64,000 bases of DNA from Eubacteriales bacterium (GCA_045585895.1 JAZMZI010000144.1:647-64646); one strand, 5' to 3'; numbered from the stretch's first letter, positions 8,922 to 18,906 are shown. A program made the numbers and translations. The notes: generated from the letters alone by a model not told the origin.

Positions 8922-9060
8922 ATTTTTTTCGCTTTTAAGATTTATTGTTTTTTATATGCTGATTTTCATACGGAGTTAATATATTTAGGATAAAATATAA
9001 TGATTAAAGTATATTTTAAGTCACAATAATAGTATTATTGAAAGGGTAAATATTTTTACA

Positions 9061-10260
9061 ATGGCAAAAAACAATAAAACCTGCAAGAAAACCTCTATCG
9101 GCGGTCAGGCTTTGATGGAGGGAATTATGATGCGAGGCCCCGTAACTACCGCAATGGCGGTGAGAAATACCAAGGGTGAGATCGTAATTGAAAAGTTTCC
9201 CACCGAGGCTAAACAACGCAGTAAATTTTTAAAGTTGCCTTTTGTTCGCGGTGTTTTTGCGTATATTGATTCTATGGTCCAAGGTTCTAAGTGTCTTATG
9301 CGCTCCGCTGAAATTTCCGGTCTTGAGGAGGCAGAGGAAGAGCTGAGACGAGAAAAAGAAGCAAAAAAAGCTGAAAAAGCGGCTAAAAAGGCAGCGAAAA
9401 AGCGAGTTCAGGTAGCAGAAAACGCCGATACACCTCTTGAAGAGGTTGTTGAAAAAATAAATGAAGATACCGAAGCCACCGTTGCTGAAAAAGTTGAGGG
9501 AGATTTCGCAGAAATTCATACGGAACCGATTTCTGACAAAGCTGAAACTCAATCTGATGATAAATCGGAAAAGAAAAAAGAGGGAACTACTATAATGGGA
9601 GTAATGATGCCCGTTATTACAGTTATCTCCTTTGTTATAGCTATCTTGCTGTTTTTTGTGCTCCCCACCTATCTCTTTACGTGGGCACAGGGACCGTTCC
9701 CGTTTTTGAAGAACGATAACGAGATAATACAGTCACTTATAAAATCATTGTTTGAGGGAAGCTTTAAGGTTGTTATTCTCGTTGGTTATATGGGAGTAAT
9801 GCTTTTGATGAAGGACATAAGAAGAACCTTTCAGTTTCACGGAGCAGAGCATAAGACCATATTCTGTTATGAGGCGGGTCTTGAGCTTACCGTTGAAAAC
9901 GTGAGAAAGCAAAAGCGTTTCCATCCAAGATGCGGTACCAGTTTTCTTATATTGATGGTTCTTGTCAGCGTATTCGTCTCTTTTTGTATCGATCCCGTGT
10001 TCCTGCTTATCAGAGGAGAGGTTCCTCCCACGTTGATCCGCGCCGCTATCAGAATTGCACTTATTCCTCTTATAGTAGGTCTTGGATATGAGCTTATTAA
10101 GATAGCTGGTAAACACGATAATATCATAACCAAAATCATTTCCGCTCCCGGTGTATGGCTTCAGCATATAACTGTTCTTGAGCCCGACGATTCAATGATA
10201 GAATGCGCTATAGCCGCTATGAACGAGGTCGTTCCGAGTGACGAAAGCGACAATTGGTGA
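9061..10260 (+). CDS. DUF1385 (YqhQ-like) membrane protein with a charged low-complexity insertion
   Basis: It has the IGGQALMEGIMMRGP N-terminus, HGAEHK and RCGTSF motifs and a TM-rich C-terminus. The insertion spans roughly residues 85-185 and is rich in K, E and A. Confidence 0.8.
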   Translation: MAKNNKTCKKTSIGGQALMEGIMMRGPVTTAMAVRNTKGEIVIEKFPTEAKQRSKFLKLPFVRGVFAYIDSMVQGSKCLMRSAEISGLEEAEEELRREKEAKKAEKAAKKAAKKRVQVAENADTPLEEVVEKINEDTEATVAEKVEGDFAEIHTEPISDKAETQSDDKSEKKKEGTTIMGVMMPVITVISFVIAILLFFVLPTYLFTWAQGPFPFLKNDNEIIQSLIKSLFEGSFKVVILVGYMGVMLLMKDIRRTFQFHGAEHKTIFCYEAGLELTVENVRKQKRFHPRCGTSFLILMVLVSVFVSFCIDPVFLLIRGEVPPTLIRAAIRIALIPLIVGLGYELIKIAGKHDNIITKIISAPGVWLQHITVLEPDDSMIECAIAAMNEVVPSDESDNW

Positions 10261-10304
10261 TCAGATAACGAAAAATTAATTTATATACAAGGAGATTATT
10301 TGTT

Positions 10305-11027
10305 ATGAAAATTTTAAAGTTTGCAACCTATGAAGAAATGAGCGCGGCTGCCGCAGATATTCTTGCAAAGCAGATCAGCGTTAAAAAGGACTCCGTTCTT
10401 GGTCTTGCCACAGGCTCTACTCCCGTTGGAATGTACAAAAAGCTTGTTGAGATGAACAAGTCGGGTGTGATCGACTTTTCCGATATAAAAACCGTAAATC
10501 TTGACGAATACTATCCCATCTCTCCCGAAAACAAGCAGAGCTACCGCTATTTTATGAATGATAATCTCTTTGATCACGTAAATATAGATAAAGCCAACAC
10601 TTACGTTCCCGACGGTACTGCGGAAAACGCAGACGAGGCTTGCGAAAATCACGAGAAGGTTATCAAGGCTCTCGGAGGTATCGACATTCAGGTTCTCGGT
10701 ATCGGTCAGAACGGTCATATAGGATTTAATGAGCCCGAGGAAAATCTTTCTCTCTTTACACATAAGACTGCGTTGACCGAAAACACTATTCAGGCAAACT
10801 CCAGATTCTTCTCCGAGGACGAGGTTATGCCTACGATGGCGCTTACCATGGGTATGGGAACGATCTTTGGCGCAAAGAAGATACTCCTTCTCATTAACGG
10901 TAAAAATAAGAGTGAAGCATTTAAGCAGCTCTTGACTGACAAGATAACTACCTCTTGTCCCGCAACGCTTCTTAAGCTTCATCCCAACGTAATAGTTCTT
11001 TGTGACAGTGAAGCGTACGGTGAATAA
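10305..11027 (+). CDS. nagB: Glucosamine-6-phosphate deaminase
   Basis: The motifs GLATGSTPVGMYK, NLDEY and LGIGQNGHIGFNEP are present. Confidence 0.9.
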   Translation: MKILKFATYEEMSAAAADILAKQISVKKDSVLGLATGSTPVGMYKKLVEMNKSGVIDFSDIKTVNLDEYYPISPENKQSYRYFMNDNLFDHVNIDKANTYVPDGTAENADEACENHEKVIKALGGIDIQVLGIGQNGHIGFNEPEENLSLFTHKTALTENTIQANSRFFSEDEVMPTMALTMGMGTIFGAKKILLLINGKNKSEAFKQLLTDKITTSCPATLLKLHPNVIVLCDSEAYGE

Positions 11028-11031
11028 GAAT

Positions 11032-11613
11032 ATGTCTGAATTATACAGAGGTGCAGACGCCGCAGTTGATGTGGCGTTTGCCGAGGAAATAAAAAAGGCG
11101 GCAGAGACCGCTATATCCGAGCTTCTTGCGTCCACAAATCTTAAAAAGGGCGATATTCTGGTTATCGGATGCTCATCCTCCGAGATACTCGGTTCAAAAA
11201 TAGGCAAAGGCTCAAGCTTTGAGGCGGCAAGGATCGTTTTCGAGGCTATTTATCCCACGCTGTGCGAAAAGGGAATTTTCTTGGCGGCTCAGTGTTGTGA
11301 GCATCTTAACAGAGCATTGGTGATTGAGAGCGAGTGCGCCGAAAAATACGGATATGACGTTGTGTCGGTCAAACCTCAACCCAAGGCGGGTGGCTCCTTT
11401 GCCACTCTTACTTATGAAAATATGAATTCTCCCGTAGTGGTCGAGCATATCAAGGCTCACGCAGGACTTGATATTGGCTTGACGCTTATAGGAATGCATC
11501 TTCGTGACGTTGCGGTTCCTCTTAGACTTTCCGTAAACAAAATAGGAGAAGCTCATATCGTTTGTGCTTATACCCGTCCCAAGTTTATCGGCGGTTCAAG
11601 AGCTACGTATTAA
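11032..11613 (+). CDS. TIGR01440/UPF0340 (YwlG-like) family protein
   Basis: The motifs VIGCSSSEI and AAQCCEHLNRALV are present. I chose the ATG at 11032 (MSELY), 4 nt after the nagB stop, instead of the upstream in-frame extension. Confidence 0.75.
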   Translation: MSELYRGADAAVDVAFAEEIKKAAETAISELLASTNLKKGDILVIGCSSSEILGSKIGKGSSFEAARIVFEAIYPTLCEKGIFLAAQCCEHLNRALVIESECAEKYGYDVVSVKPQPKAGGSFATLTYENMNSPVVVEHIKAHAGLDIGLTLIGMHLRDVAVPLRLSVNKIGEAHIVCAYTRPKFIGGSRATY

Positions 11614-11644
11614 AAAATTGCCCGAGTCGCTCGGGCAATTTTTT
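11614..11644. terminator. Bidirectional terminator between the TIGR01440 gene and ldh
   Basis: The sequence AAAATTGCCCGAG-TCG-CTCGGGCAATTTT forms a perfect stem flanked by A and T runs. Confidence 0.75.
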
Positions 11645-12590
11645 ATAATTGAGAAATAGCATCTTTTAAAGATCCCGCCGATTCGAGAAATCGCGATCTT
11701 TCGGTTTTGTCAAGAGGAATTTCGAGTATCTGCTCGATTCCGTTTCTTCCAACGATACAGGGAATGCCCATACACACGTCAAAAACCCCGTATTCACCCG
11801 AAAGCTTGGTCGATACGGGCAGAATTGTGTGTTCGTCGTTAACTATAGCAGCTACTATCCTTCTGACGGAATCTGCAATACCGTAATAGGTTGCACCTTT
11901 CGCTTCAATAATTCTATAGGCGCTGGTCGTTACCTCCGCCGCAAGAAGGTCAAGTACTGAGCGATCAAACTCCATTTTGCGCTCATTGTAGTAGCTGTCA
12001 AGATCGATTCCCGACACGTTTGCGCTGCTCCATACGGCAACCTCACTGTCTCCGTGTTCACCTATTACGAAGGAGTGAACGTTTCGGCTATCGACGCCAA
12101 GATGCTTGCCAACTTTTTCTTTAAGTCTTGCCGTGTCAAGTACGGTGCCCGATCCTATGACCCTTGAAGAGGGAAATCCCGATTCTGCGAGAGTTATATA
12201 AGTCAGCACGTCTACGGGATTGGTAACCACCAAAATCAGCGCCTCACGGTTAAATTCAATTATATTGTCAACGATCTTTCTGAAAATGTTCGCGTTGGTT
12301 TTTAATAGATCAAGTCTCGACTGATCGGGAGTTTGATTTACTCCTGCAGTAATGATTATTATTCCGCAATCGCCTATGTCCTTGTAATCTCCCGCTATGA
12401 TCTCCATAGGAGAATTGAACGGAAGGGCGTGGGAAATATCCTCGGCTTCGCCGATAGCCTTTTTTTTGTTAATATCGATCAGAACGAGCTTTGATAACAG
12501 TTTGCTGTGCATTAATGCGTATGCCGTTGCCGACCCCACGTTCCCGCATCCGATTATGGCGCAGGATCTTATATTAAAATTATCATCCAT
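11643..12590 (-). CDS. ldh: L-lactate dehydrogenase
   Basis: The motifs IIGCGNVGSA, VVTNPVDV, IGSGT.LD and GEHGDS are present. Confidence 0.9.
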   Translation of the reverse strand: MDDNFNIRSCAIIGCGNVGSATAYALMHSKLLSKLVLIDINKKKAIGEAEDISHALPFNSPMEIIAGDYKDIGDCGIIIITAGVNQTPDQSRLDLLKTNANIFRKIVDNIIEFNREALILVVTNPVDVLTYITLAESGFPSSRVIGSGTVLDTARLKEKVGKHLGVDSRNVHSFVIGEHGDSEVAVWSSANVSGIDLDSYYNERKMEFDRSVLDLLAAEVTTSAYRIIEAKGATYYGIADSVRRIVAAIVNDEHTILPVSTKLSGEYGVFDVCMGIPCIVGRNGIEQILEIPLDKTERSRFLESAGSLKDAISQL

Positions 12591-12745
12591 ATTTTTCTTG
12601 CCTCCGTTTTTTACTTATTATAAACGCAGGAGAGATCTAAAATACAAGTCCGTCCCTTAAACCGTAGAATTTACAAGGAATTCACATAATTAATCCTTTG
12701 CGGTGATATAATAAATCTACGAATTAACATTTTAAGGAGTTTCTG

Positions 12746-12973
12746 ATGGATAAAAAATCTTCGATAAAGATAATTCTTATAGTTTCTGCCGTAGTCGTTG
12801 CGGTTGCAGCGGCAATTGTAGGTGTATACCTTTATTTGAATAGAAAAGTGAAGGCGGCAGTGCTTGGTAAAATGGATTTTGACGGTGACGGAAAAATCGA
12901 TGCTATAATGCTTGATACGACCGGAAACGGAGAGGTCGATACTATAATTTTAAATTCGGAAGATTATGAATAA
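12746..12973 (+). CDS. Small membrane-anchored protein with two EF-hand/dockerin-like DxDxDG loops
   Basis: It has an N-terminal TM helix, followed by DFDGDGKIDAIMLD and TTGNGEVDTIILN. An AGGAG RBS and an extended -10 lie upstream. Confidence 0.6.
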   Translation: MDKKSSIKIILIVSAVVVAVAAAIVGVYLYLNRKVKAAVLGKMDFDGDGKIDAIMLDTTGNGEVDTIILNSEDYE

Positions 12974-13013
12974 AAAGAGGACTGTCACTTCAATGAAGTG
13001 ACAGTCCTCTTTT
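12973..13013. terminator. Bidirectional terminator (perfect 19-bp stem)
   Basis: The arms AAAAGAGGACTGTCACTTC / GAAGTGACAGTCCTCTTTT are separated by a 3-nt loop. Confidence 0.8.
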
Positions 13014-13023
13014 ATGTTAATTA

Positions 13024-13134
13024 TTATTTTGCAAGCATTTCAAGCAACAGAGCAAAGCCTACGGTTGCGCTTCCAATTCCCATAAGTCCGACGAGGACTA
13101 TTGAGAGTATTCTTACCCAAAGCTTTTTTTTCAT
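13024..13134 (-). CDS. Possible 36-aa hydrophobic peptide (below the ORF-track size cutoff)
   Basis: My translation is MKKKLWVRILSIVLVGLMGIGSATVGFALLLEMLAK, with an AAGAGG RBS 7-8 nt upstream. It lies 29 nt after the topoisomerase gene stop and before the terminator. Confidence 0.35.
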   Translation of the reverse strand: MKKKLWVRILSIVLVGLMGIGSATVGFALLLEMLAK

Positions 13135-13163
13135 TTTTTATACCTCTTAATTCTAATGATTTT

Positions 13164-15365
13164 TTAGTTAATTGGAGAGCCGGAAGCGGGGAGCTTAAGC
13201 TTTCTGCATCCTTTTGTGTTATCGGAATTACCATCGAAATCAGCAGTTGCGTATGCGACCGTCTGATTTTTCTTTATGGTCATAAGCTGAACACCGATGG
13301 AAGTTTTCGTGGTCTTTACGGGTATCAAAGAGGTTTTGAAGATTATTGCTCTCTGATCGTTGGTTACCGTCATTATTTCAAAGGGTTTCTTTTCATTTTC
13401 GGAGAATACGCCAACAATGGGAGAAGCAGTAGAGAATACACCCTTCAGCTTGCGACGCACACTGGACGTTTCATATGCTTTTTCGGGAATTTTAACGCCC
13501 TTGCCGTTTTCAAAGATGAACACGTAATTGTAGCCTTCTCTGAAATCACTTTGCAAAGAGACGAAAACGGGCTTTTCTCCCTGATCCATCTTAAGTACGG
13601 AGGGAACGAACTGACCCATGACCGATGCCTTGCAGTTTTCGAAATCGTTGACAGCGGCTCGGTAAAGCTGACCCTTATCGGTAAAGAACATCAGCGTATC
13701 TTTGTTTTCTGCGTCGAATATCTGACGGAGCGAGTCGCCTTCCTTGAAATACTGCTCGTCATTACCCTGAAGTGAGCGGTAGGTGATCTTCTTGAAATAT
13801 CCTTCACGAGAAAGAACAATCTTGCAAGGATAGTTTTCAATCGCATCCTCTTCAACGTACGCCTCGATATTATCCGCATGAATTATCTGAGTCTTTCTCG
13901 GTTGACCGTATTTCTTCTTGATCTCGGTCAACTGATTTGCAATAAGAGCTTTGAGCTTAAACTCGTCTGCAAGGATCTCCTCGATATCCGCGATTTCCTT
14001 TTTAAGGTCTTCAATTTCGGAAATGCGATTGATGATATATTCGCGGTTGAGGTTACGCAGCTTGATGTCGGCAATATAATTCGCCTGTATTTCATCAATT
14101 GAAAAACCTGTGCAGAGATTGGGGATAACGTCCTCGTCCTTTTCGGTCTTACGGATGATCCTTATTGCCTTATCAATGTCCAACAGTATTTTTCCGAGAC
14201 CCAAAAGCAAGTGAAGCTTGTCTTTCTTTTTGCCAAGGTCAAATTCAAGCTCGCGGCTGAGACATTCCATTCTGAAAGCTATCCATTCTGTCAGAATATC
14301 AACAACTCCAAGCTGACGGGGTTCTGCATCTATAATAATGTTAAAGTTGCATTTGAAGCTGTTTTCGAGAGGCGTTGATTTAAAGAGCTTTTGCATAAGC
14401 TTATCGGGATCAACGCCCTTACGAAGGTCAAGAGTGAGCTTCAAGCCCTCTTTGTCGGTCTCGTCACGGAAGTCAACTACTTCCTTGAGTCGTCCCTCCT
14501 TAACCATAGCCGATACCTTATTGAGTATCTGCTCAATGGTTGTGGAATATGGAATTTGGTAGATATCGATACAGTTTGCGGAAGGATCGTAGGTGTATCT
14601 TGAACGGATCTTGAAGCTTCCGTCACCTGTCTCGTAGATCGTCCTCATCTGTTCTTCATCGTAGATGATCTGACCTCCGCCGGGGAAGTCGGGAGCTTTG
14701 ATTATCTCCATGATCTTTTCAACGGTTATATTGGGCTTTTTGAGGATCGCGATTGTTCCGTCGCACACCTCGGAAAGATTAAAGGAGCAGATATCCGAAG
14801 CCATACCGACGGCAATTCCGCTATTGGGGGAAACGAGAATATTTGGGAACATGGTGGGAAGAAGCTGAGGCTCCTTCATAGTTCCGTCGTAGTTGTCCAC
14901 CATATTTACGGCGTTCTTATCAATGCCGTTGAAAAGCGTTTCGCAAAAAGCGTCCAGCTTTGCCTCGGTATAACGGGGAGCAGCGTATTTCGTTTCTGAG
15001 GAATACTGCTTACCGAAGTTACCCTTGGAGTCAACGAAGGGATGGAGAAGAGTCTCGTTACCTCTGGTAAGACGTACCATAGTCTCGTATATCGACTGGT
15101 CACCGTGAGGGTGAAGCTTCATTACGGCACCCACGATATTCGCGCTCTTGGTTCTCGCACCCTTGAGAAGTCCTAAATTATACATAGTGTAAAGGATCTT
15201 TCTGTGCGCGGGCTTAAATCCGTCTATCTCGGGGATAGCTCTTGAAACTATAACGCTCATAGTGTAGGGCATATAGTTTTTCTCGATGGTCTCGGTTATA
15301 GGCTGAGGCAATATCGGGGCATAAACGATCTCTTCGACTTCGTTTTGTTTCTTTTTCTTTGCCAT
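13164..15365 (-). CDS. Type II DNA topoisomerase subunit A (ParC/GyrA-like, 733 aa)
   Basis: The motifs DGFKPAHRKILY, LHPHGDQSIYETMVRL and AAPRYTEAKL (catalytic Tyr context) are present. Confidence 0.85.
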   Translation of the reverse strand: MAKKKKQNEVEEIVYAPILPQPITETIEKNYMPYTMSVIVSRAIPEIDGFKPAHRKILYTMYNLGLLKGARTKSANIVGAVMKLHPHGDQSIYETMVRLTRGNETLLHPFVDSKGNFGKQYSSETKYAAPRYTEAKLDAFCETLFNGIDKNAVNMVDNYDGTMKEPQLLPTMFPNILVSPNSGIAVGMASDICSFNLSEVCDGTIAILKKPNITVEKIMEIIKAPDFPGGGQIIYDEEQMRTIYETGDGSFKIRSRYTYDPSANCIDIYQIPYSTTIEQILNKVSAMVKEGRLKEVVDFRDETDKEGLKLTLDLRKGVDPDKLMQKLFKSTPLENSFKCNFNIIIDAEPRQLGVVDILTEWIAFRMECLSRELEFDLGKKKDKLHLLLGLGKILLDIDKAIRIIRKTEKDEDVIPNLCTGFSIDEIQANYIADIKLRNLNREYIINRISEIEDLKKEIADIEEILADEFKLKALIANQLTEIKKKYGQPRKTQIIHADNIEAYVEEDAIENYPCKIVLSREGYFKKITYRSLQGNDEQYFKEGDSLRQIFDAENKDTLMFFTDKGQLYRAAVNDFENCKASVMGQFVPSVLKMDQGEKPVFVSLQSDFREGYNYVFIFENGKGVKIPEKAYETSSVRRKLKGVFSTASPIVGVFSENEKKPFEIMTVTNDQRAIIFKTSLIPVKTTKTSIGVQLMTIKKNQTVAYATADFDGNSDNTKGCRKLKLPASGSPIN

Positions 15366-15397
15366 TTATATAATTACCTTTCGTATAATTTTCAACG

Positions 15398-16435
15398 TCA
15401 AATTTTCAGTACCGTGTGAGCCGCCGCGCGGATCATTCGGTTATAGAGAGCAAGTCCCAACCCTTCTTTATCGGGGATATGGGCATAGATAATATCGGGA
15501 GAAAGTGTGTCGCACTCACGAAGCCTTGCAAAAAGCATTTTAGCATGCATTTTAAGGTCTCCACGACGTCCAATGGGCAAAAGAAGCTCTTTTTTTAGTA
15601 ATTCAGCTTCCTCGTCATAACAAAGAATTGCACATCGGCATTTTTCTTGCTCATTTTTTAAAAATTCAATGATCTTTTCGTCCTCTCCGTCAAGGAGAAT
15701 AAGTTGAGCCGACGGGGCATAATGCTTGTACTTCATGCCGGGAGATAGTGGACGCTCGTTTTCGCTCAAGGTACCCTCAAGCGTAGGGGATATAGTCACG
15801 TCGTCGCAAATACAGCAAAGCGCGTCGTAGGTGATAGCGCCGGGGCGGAGAAGAATGAGACCTCCGCACTCTGTTATCATAACTATTGTAGATTCGAGAC
15901 CTATTTCGCAAGCACCGCCGTCGATTATCATATCGACTTTGCCGAGAAAATCCTCTATAACGTATTCAACGGCAGTAGTTGATGGCTTACCCGAAATATT
16001 TGCCGAGGGTGCCGCCACGGGGATCCCTGCCTCGCGGATTATCGCACTGGCAACGGGATGAGAGGGACAACGGATTGCGACGGTATCGAGTCCGCCCGTG
16101 GTCTCATATGGAACGGTATCCTTTTTCTTAAGTATGACCGTTAATGGCCCGGGCATAAACGCTTTAGCGAGTTTATAGTAGATTTCATTGGTATAAGCGT
16201 ATTTTTCAGCGTCTTCGGGATCGGCAATATGTATTATAAGGGGGTTGTCCGAGGGACGTCCCTTTGCCGCGTATATTTTTTTCGACGAGAGGGGATTGGT
16301 GCCGTCGCCGCCAAGACCATAGACTGTCTCGGTTGGTATAACCACCAATCCACCCTCGCGCAAAAGAGTCGCCGCGCGAGAAATGTCGTTTGCCTGCGCA
16401 GTTACGTCTTCTATTTTAATAACTGTCGTGTTCAT
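15398..16435 (-). CDS. L-threonylcarbamoyladenylate synthase (Sua5/YwlC type)
   Basis: The YrdC-domain motifs PTETVYGLGGD and KGRPSDNPLIIH are present, together with a Sua5 C-terminal domain. Confidence 0.88.
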   Translation of the reverse strand: MNTTVIKIEDVTAQANDISRAATLLREGGLVVIPTETVYGLGGDGTNPLSSKKIYAAKGRPSDNPLIIHIADPEDAEKYAYTNEIYYKLAKAFMPGPLTVILKKKDTVPYETTGGLDTVAIRCPSHPVASAIIREAGIPVAAPSANISGKPSTTAVEYVIEDFLGKVDMIIDGGACEIGLESTIVMITECGGLILLRPGAITYDALCCICDDVTISPTLEGTLSENERPLSPGMKYKHYAPSAQLILLDGEDEKIIEFLKNEQEKCRCAILCYDEEAELLKKELLLPIGRRGDLKMHAKMLFARLRECDTLSPDIIYAHIPDKEGLGLALYNRMIRAAAHTVLKI

Positions 16436-16455
16436 AGCGACTCCTTTCTTGAGTT

Positions 16456-17532
16456 TTAAGAATTGTTTTCTGCTTTTAGCTTTTCTGCGGTATCTGCTGC
16501 AATAAGAGAGTCTATCATTTGCCCGATATTACCGTTTATAAAGCTATCAAGGGAATGAAGAGTTAATCCTATGCGGTGATCGGTAACTCGGTTTTGCGGG
16601 TAATTGTATGTGCGTATCTTTTCGCTTCTGTCACCCGTACCGACCTGACTTTTACGGTCGGACGCAACCTTTTCAGATTGCTCTCTTTGCTTTATATCGT
16701 AAAGCTTGGCGCGGAGCATTTTTAAAGCCTTATCCTTGTTCTTAAACTGAGAACGCTCCTCTTGACACTCAATTACGATGCCCGTAGGCTTATGTGTCAA
16801 TCTGACTGCGGATTCGGTCTTGTTGATGTGCTGGCCGCCCGCTCCGCTGGATTTGCAGGACTCGTATATGAGGTCGGAGTCTTTGATCTCAATTTCAACG
16901 TCCTCGACCTCGGGAAGTACCGCGACGGTGGCGGTCGACGTTTGAATTCTGCCTTGAGACTCGGTCTCGGGAACTCTCTGAACTCTGTGAACGCCAGACT
17001 CGAATTTGAAGCGCGAGTATGCACCGTCACCCTCAACGGTAAAGGATATCTCCTTATAACCGCCAAGCTCGGTCTCGTTGGCGTTGGCTATCGACACCTT
17101 GAAGCCAACGGTTGCCGCGTACATAGAATACATACGGAAAAGCACCGCCGCAAAGAGAGCCGCCTCCTCACCGCCTGCGCCCGCGCGTATCTCAACGATA
17201 ATATTTTTATCGTCGTTGGGGTCGCGGGGAAGCAGAAGCACGGTAAGCTCCTCTGAAAGTCGTTCTATGCGCGCTTTTGCCTCCTTAAGCTCCTCCTGCG
17301 CCATTTCGCGCATTTCGTCGTCATCAGCCTCGTCAATTATCATCAAGGCATCCTCAATATCGGTTTCAGCTCTCTTATACTCGCGGTATTTTGCCACCAC
17401 GGGAGTAAGAGCGTGATATTCCTTTATCGCCTTGGCGTAAGCCTGAGCATCGGTTATAAGATTCTGATTGTTTGCAAGCTCGTATTCGAGCCTATCGTAT
17501 TTTTCTACGGTAGAAACAAGCTTTTCAAACAT
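16456..17532 (-). CDS. prfA: Peptide chain release factor 1
   Basis: The SGAGGQHINKTESAVRLTH GGQ motif and PxT-type RF1 blocks are present. Confidence 0.95.
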   Translation of the reverse strand: MFEKLVSTVEKYDRLEYELANNQNLITDAQAYAKAIKEYHALTPVVAKYREYKRAETDIEDALMIIDEADDDEMREMAQEELKEAKARIERLSEELTVLLLPRDPNDDKNIIVEIRAGAGGEEAALFAAVLFRMYSMYAATVGFKVSIANANETELGGYKEISFTVEGDGAYSRFKFESGVHRVQRVPETESQGRIQTSTATVAVLPEVEDVEIEIKDSDLIYESCKSSGAGGQHINKTESAVRLTHKPTGIVIECQEERSQFKNKDKALKMLRAKLYDIKQREQSEKVASDRKSQVGTGDRSEKIRTYNYPQNRVTDHRIGLTLHSLDSFINGNIGQMIDSLIAADTAEKLKAENNS

Positions 17533-17535
17533 ATA

Positions 17536-18906
17536 TTAAGCAAGGTTGAAGGCGAGGAATGCCTTGTGAGCAGAATAAACATCTGCTTTGGAAACTACCT
17601 CGTAGGGTGCGTGCATGCTTATTACGGGAACACCGAGGTCAACGGTTTCTATATTGTGCTTTGCGATATACTTTGCAACGGTTCCTCCACCGCCCTGATC
17701 GGTCTTTCCAAGCTCTGCGGTTTGCCAAATAACGCCGTATTCCTCGTAAATCTTTCTGATCCAAGCGACGTACTCTGCGGGAGCATCGTTGGTGCCGCCC
17801 TTTCCGCCGCTGCCGGTGTACTTGGACATAGTGATACCGCAGTTGATCTTAGCCGCGTTTCTGGACTCGTAAACCTCTGCGAAGTTGGGGTCGAAGCAAG
17901 CGTTTACGTCCGCGCTGAGGCACTTGGAGTTGGCCTTTACAGCATAGATGTTGCCGCCAAGAGCCTCGGTAATAGCCCCCATAAGGTCGGTAAAGAGACC
18001 GCACTGCATACCGGTGTTGCCCTCGCTTCCGATCTCCTCCTTGTCCGCGAGAACTACCATAAGAGTATGCTCGCTCTTGTCGGATTCAAAGAGAGCAGTG
18101 AGAGAAGGATATGCGCATACCTTGTCGTCGTGACCGTATGCAGAGATAAGAGAACGGTCAAAGCCAACGTCACGAGCCTTTCCTGCGGGAACCACGAAAA
18201 TATCGGCAGAGAGGAAGTCCTCTTCGTTGATGCCGTACTTTTCATTAAGGATCGTAAGAATATTAAGTTTTATTTTGTTAGCGTCTTCCGTATCTTTAAG
18301 GGGTCTTGAGCCTAGAACGATATTAAGGCTCTCGGCGGGAATAGCCTGACCGAGGGGCTTCTGGCTCTGATCCTTTGCCAAGTGGGGAAGGAGGTCGTTG
18401 ATATAGAATACAGGCTCGCCGTCCTCGTCACCGATGCAGATATCAACGGAAGAACCATCCTTCTTAGCTACGGTGCCGTGGAGAGCCAAGGGCATAGCTA
18501 CCCATTGATACTTGCGAACGCCGCCGTAGTAGTGGGTCTTTGCGAAACAAAAGCCTCCGTCCTCGTAGATCGGAACCTGCTTGAAGTCAAGTCTGGGGCT
18601 GTCGATGTGAGAAGCAACGATTCTGATACCGTTGTTGATGTCTTCACTGCCGATTCTGAAAAGATAGAGATTTCTGCCGCGGTTGTTGTAATAATATTTA
18701 TCGCCTGCCTTGATCTCCATACCGAAGGAATAGGGCTTGTAGCCCTCCTTCTCCGCGAGAGCGATAGAGATTTTAACAGCCTCTCTCTCGGTCTTGGAAG
18801 CATCCATGTAGGTCATATAGCCTGCGCAGTAGTCGTAAGCCGCCTTGATATCATCTTCAGTAGCTTTGTCATAGAAGTTTGCCTTGGTGTAGGTAAGTTC
18901 ACTCAT
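17536..18906 (-). CDS. M18-family aminopeptidase
   Basis: The motifs SHIDSPRLDFK and DKEEIGSEG are present. I preferred the start at MSELTY (18906) because of its purine-rich RBS; the upstream ATG at 18927 has none. Confidence 0.8.
   Translation of the reverse strand: MSELTYTKANFYDKATEDDIKAAYDYCAGYMTYMDASKTEREAVKISIALAEKEGYKPYSFGMEIKAGDKYYYNNRGRNLYLFRIGSEDINNGIRIVASHIDSPRLDFKQVPIYEDGGFCFAKTHYYGGVRKYQWVAMPLALHGTVAKKDGSSVDICIGDEDGEPVFYINDLLPHLAKDQSQKPLGQAIPAESLNIVLGSRPLKDTEDANKIKLNILTILNEKYGINEEDFLSADIFVVPAGKARDVGFDRSLISAYGHDDKVCAYPSLTALFESDKSEHTLMVVLADKEEIGSEGNTGMQCGLFTDLMGAITEALGGNIYAVKANSKCLSADVNACFDPNFAEVYESRNAAKINCGITMSKYTGSGGKGGTNDAPAEYVAWIRKIYEEYGVIWQTAELGKTDQGGGGTVAKYIAKHNIETVDLGVPVISMHAPYEVVSKADVYSAHKAFLAFNLA

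Noticed and set aside
10314-11207. 297-aa minus-strand ORF
   Set aside because: It is antisense to nagB and the TIGR01440 gene, both of which have clear family motifs.
12672-12692. Possible Rex operator upstream of ldh (minus strand ATGTGAATTCCTTGTAAA)
   Set aside because: Only one half-site (TGTGAA) matches the TTGTGAA-N4-TTCACAA consensus. The other half matches at about 4 of 7 positions.
13040-13234. 64-aa minus-strand ORF from the track
   Set aside because: It overlaps the 3' end of the topoisomerase gene in another frame, and its product is basic low-complexity sequence. The short hydrophobic ORF in a different frame (13024-13134), which has an RBS, is the better candidate.
17413-18309. 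298-aa plus-strand ORF
   Set aside because: It is antisense to prfA and the M18 aminopeptidase.
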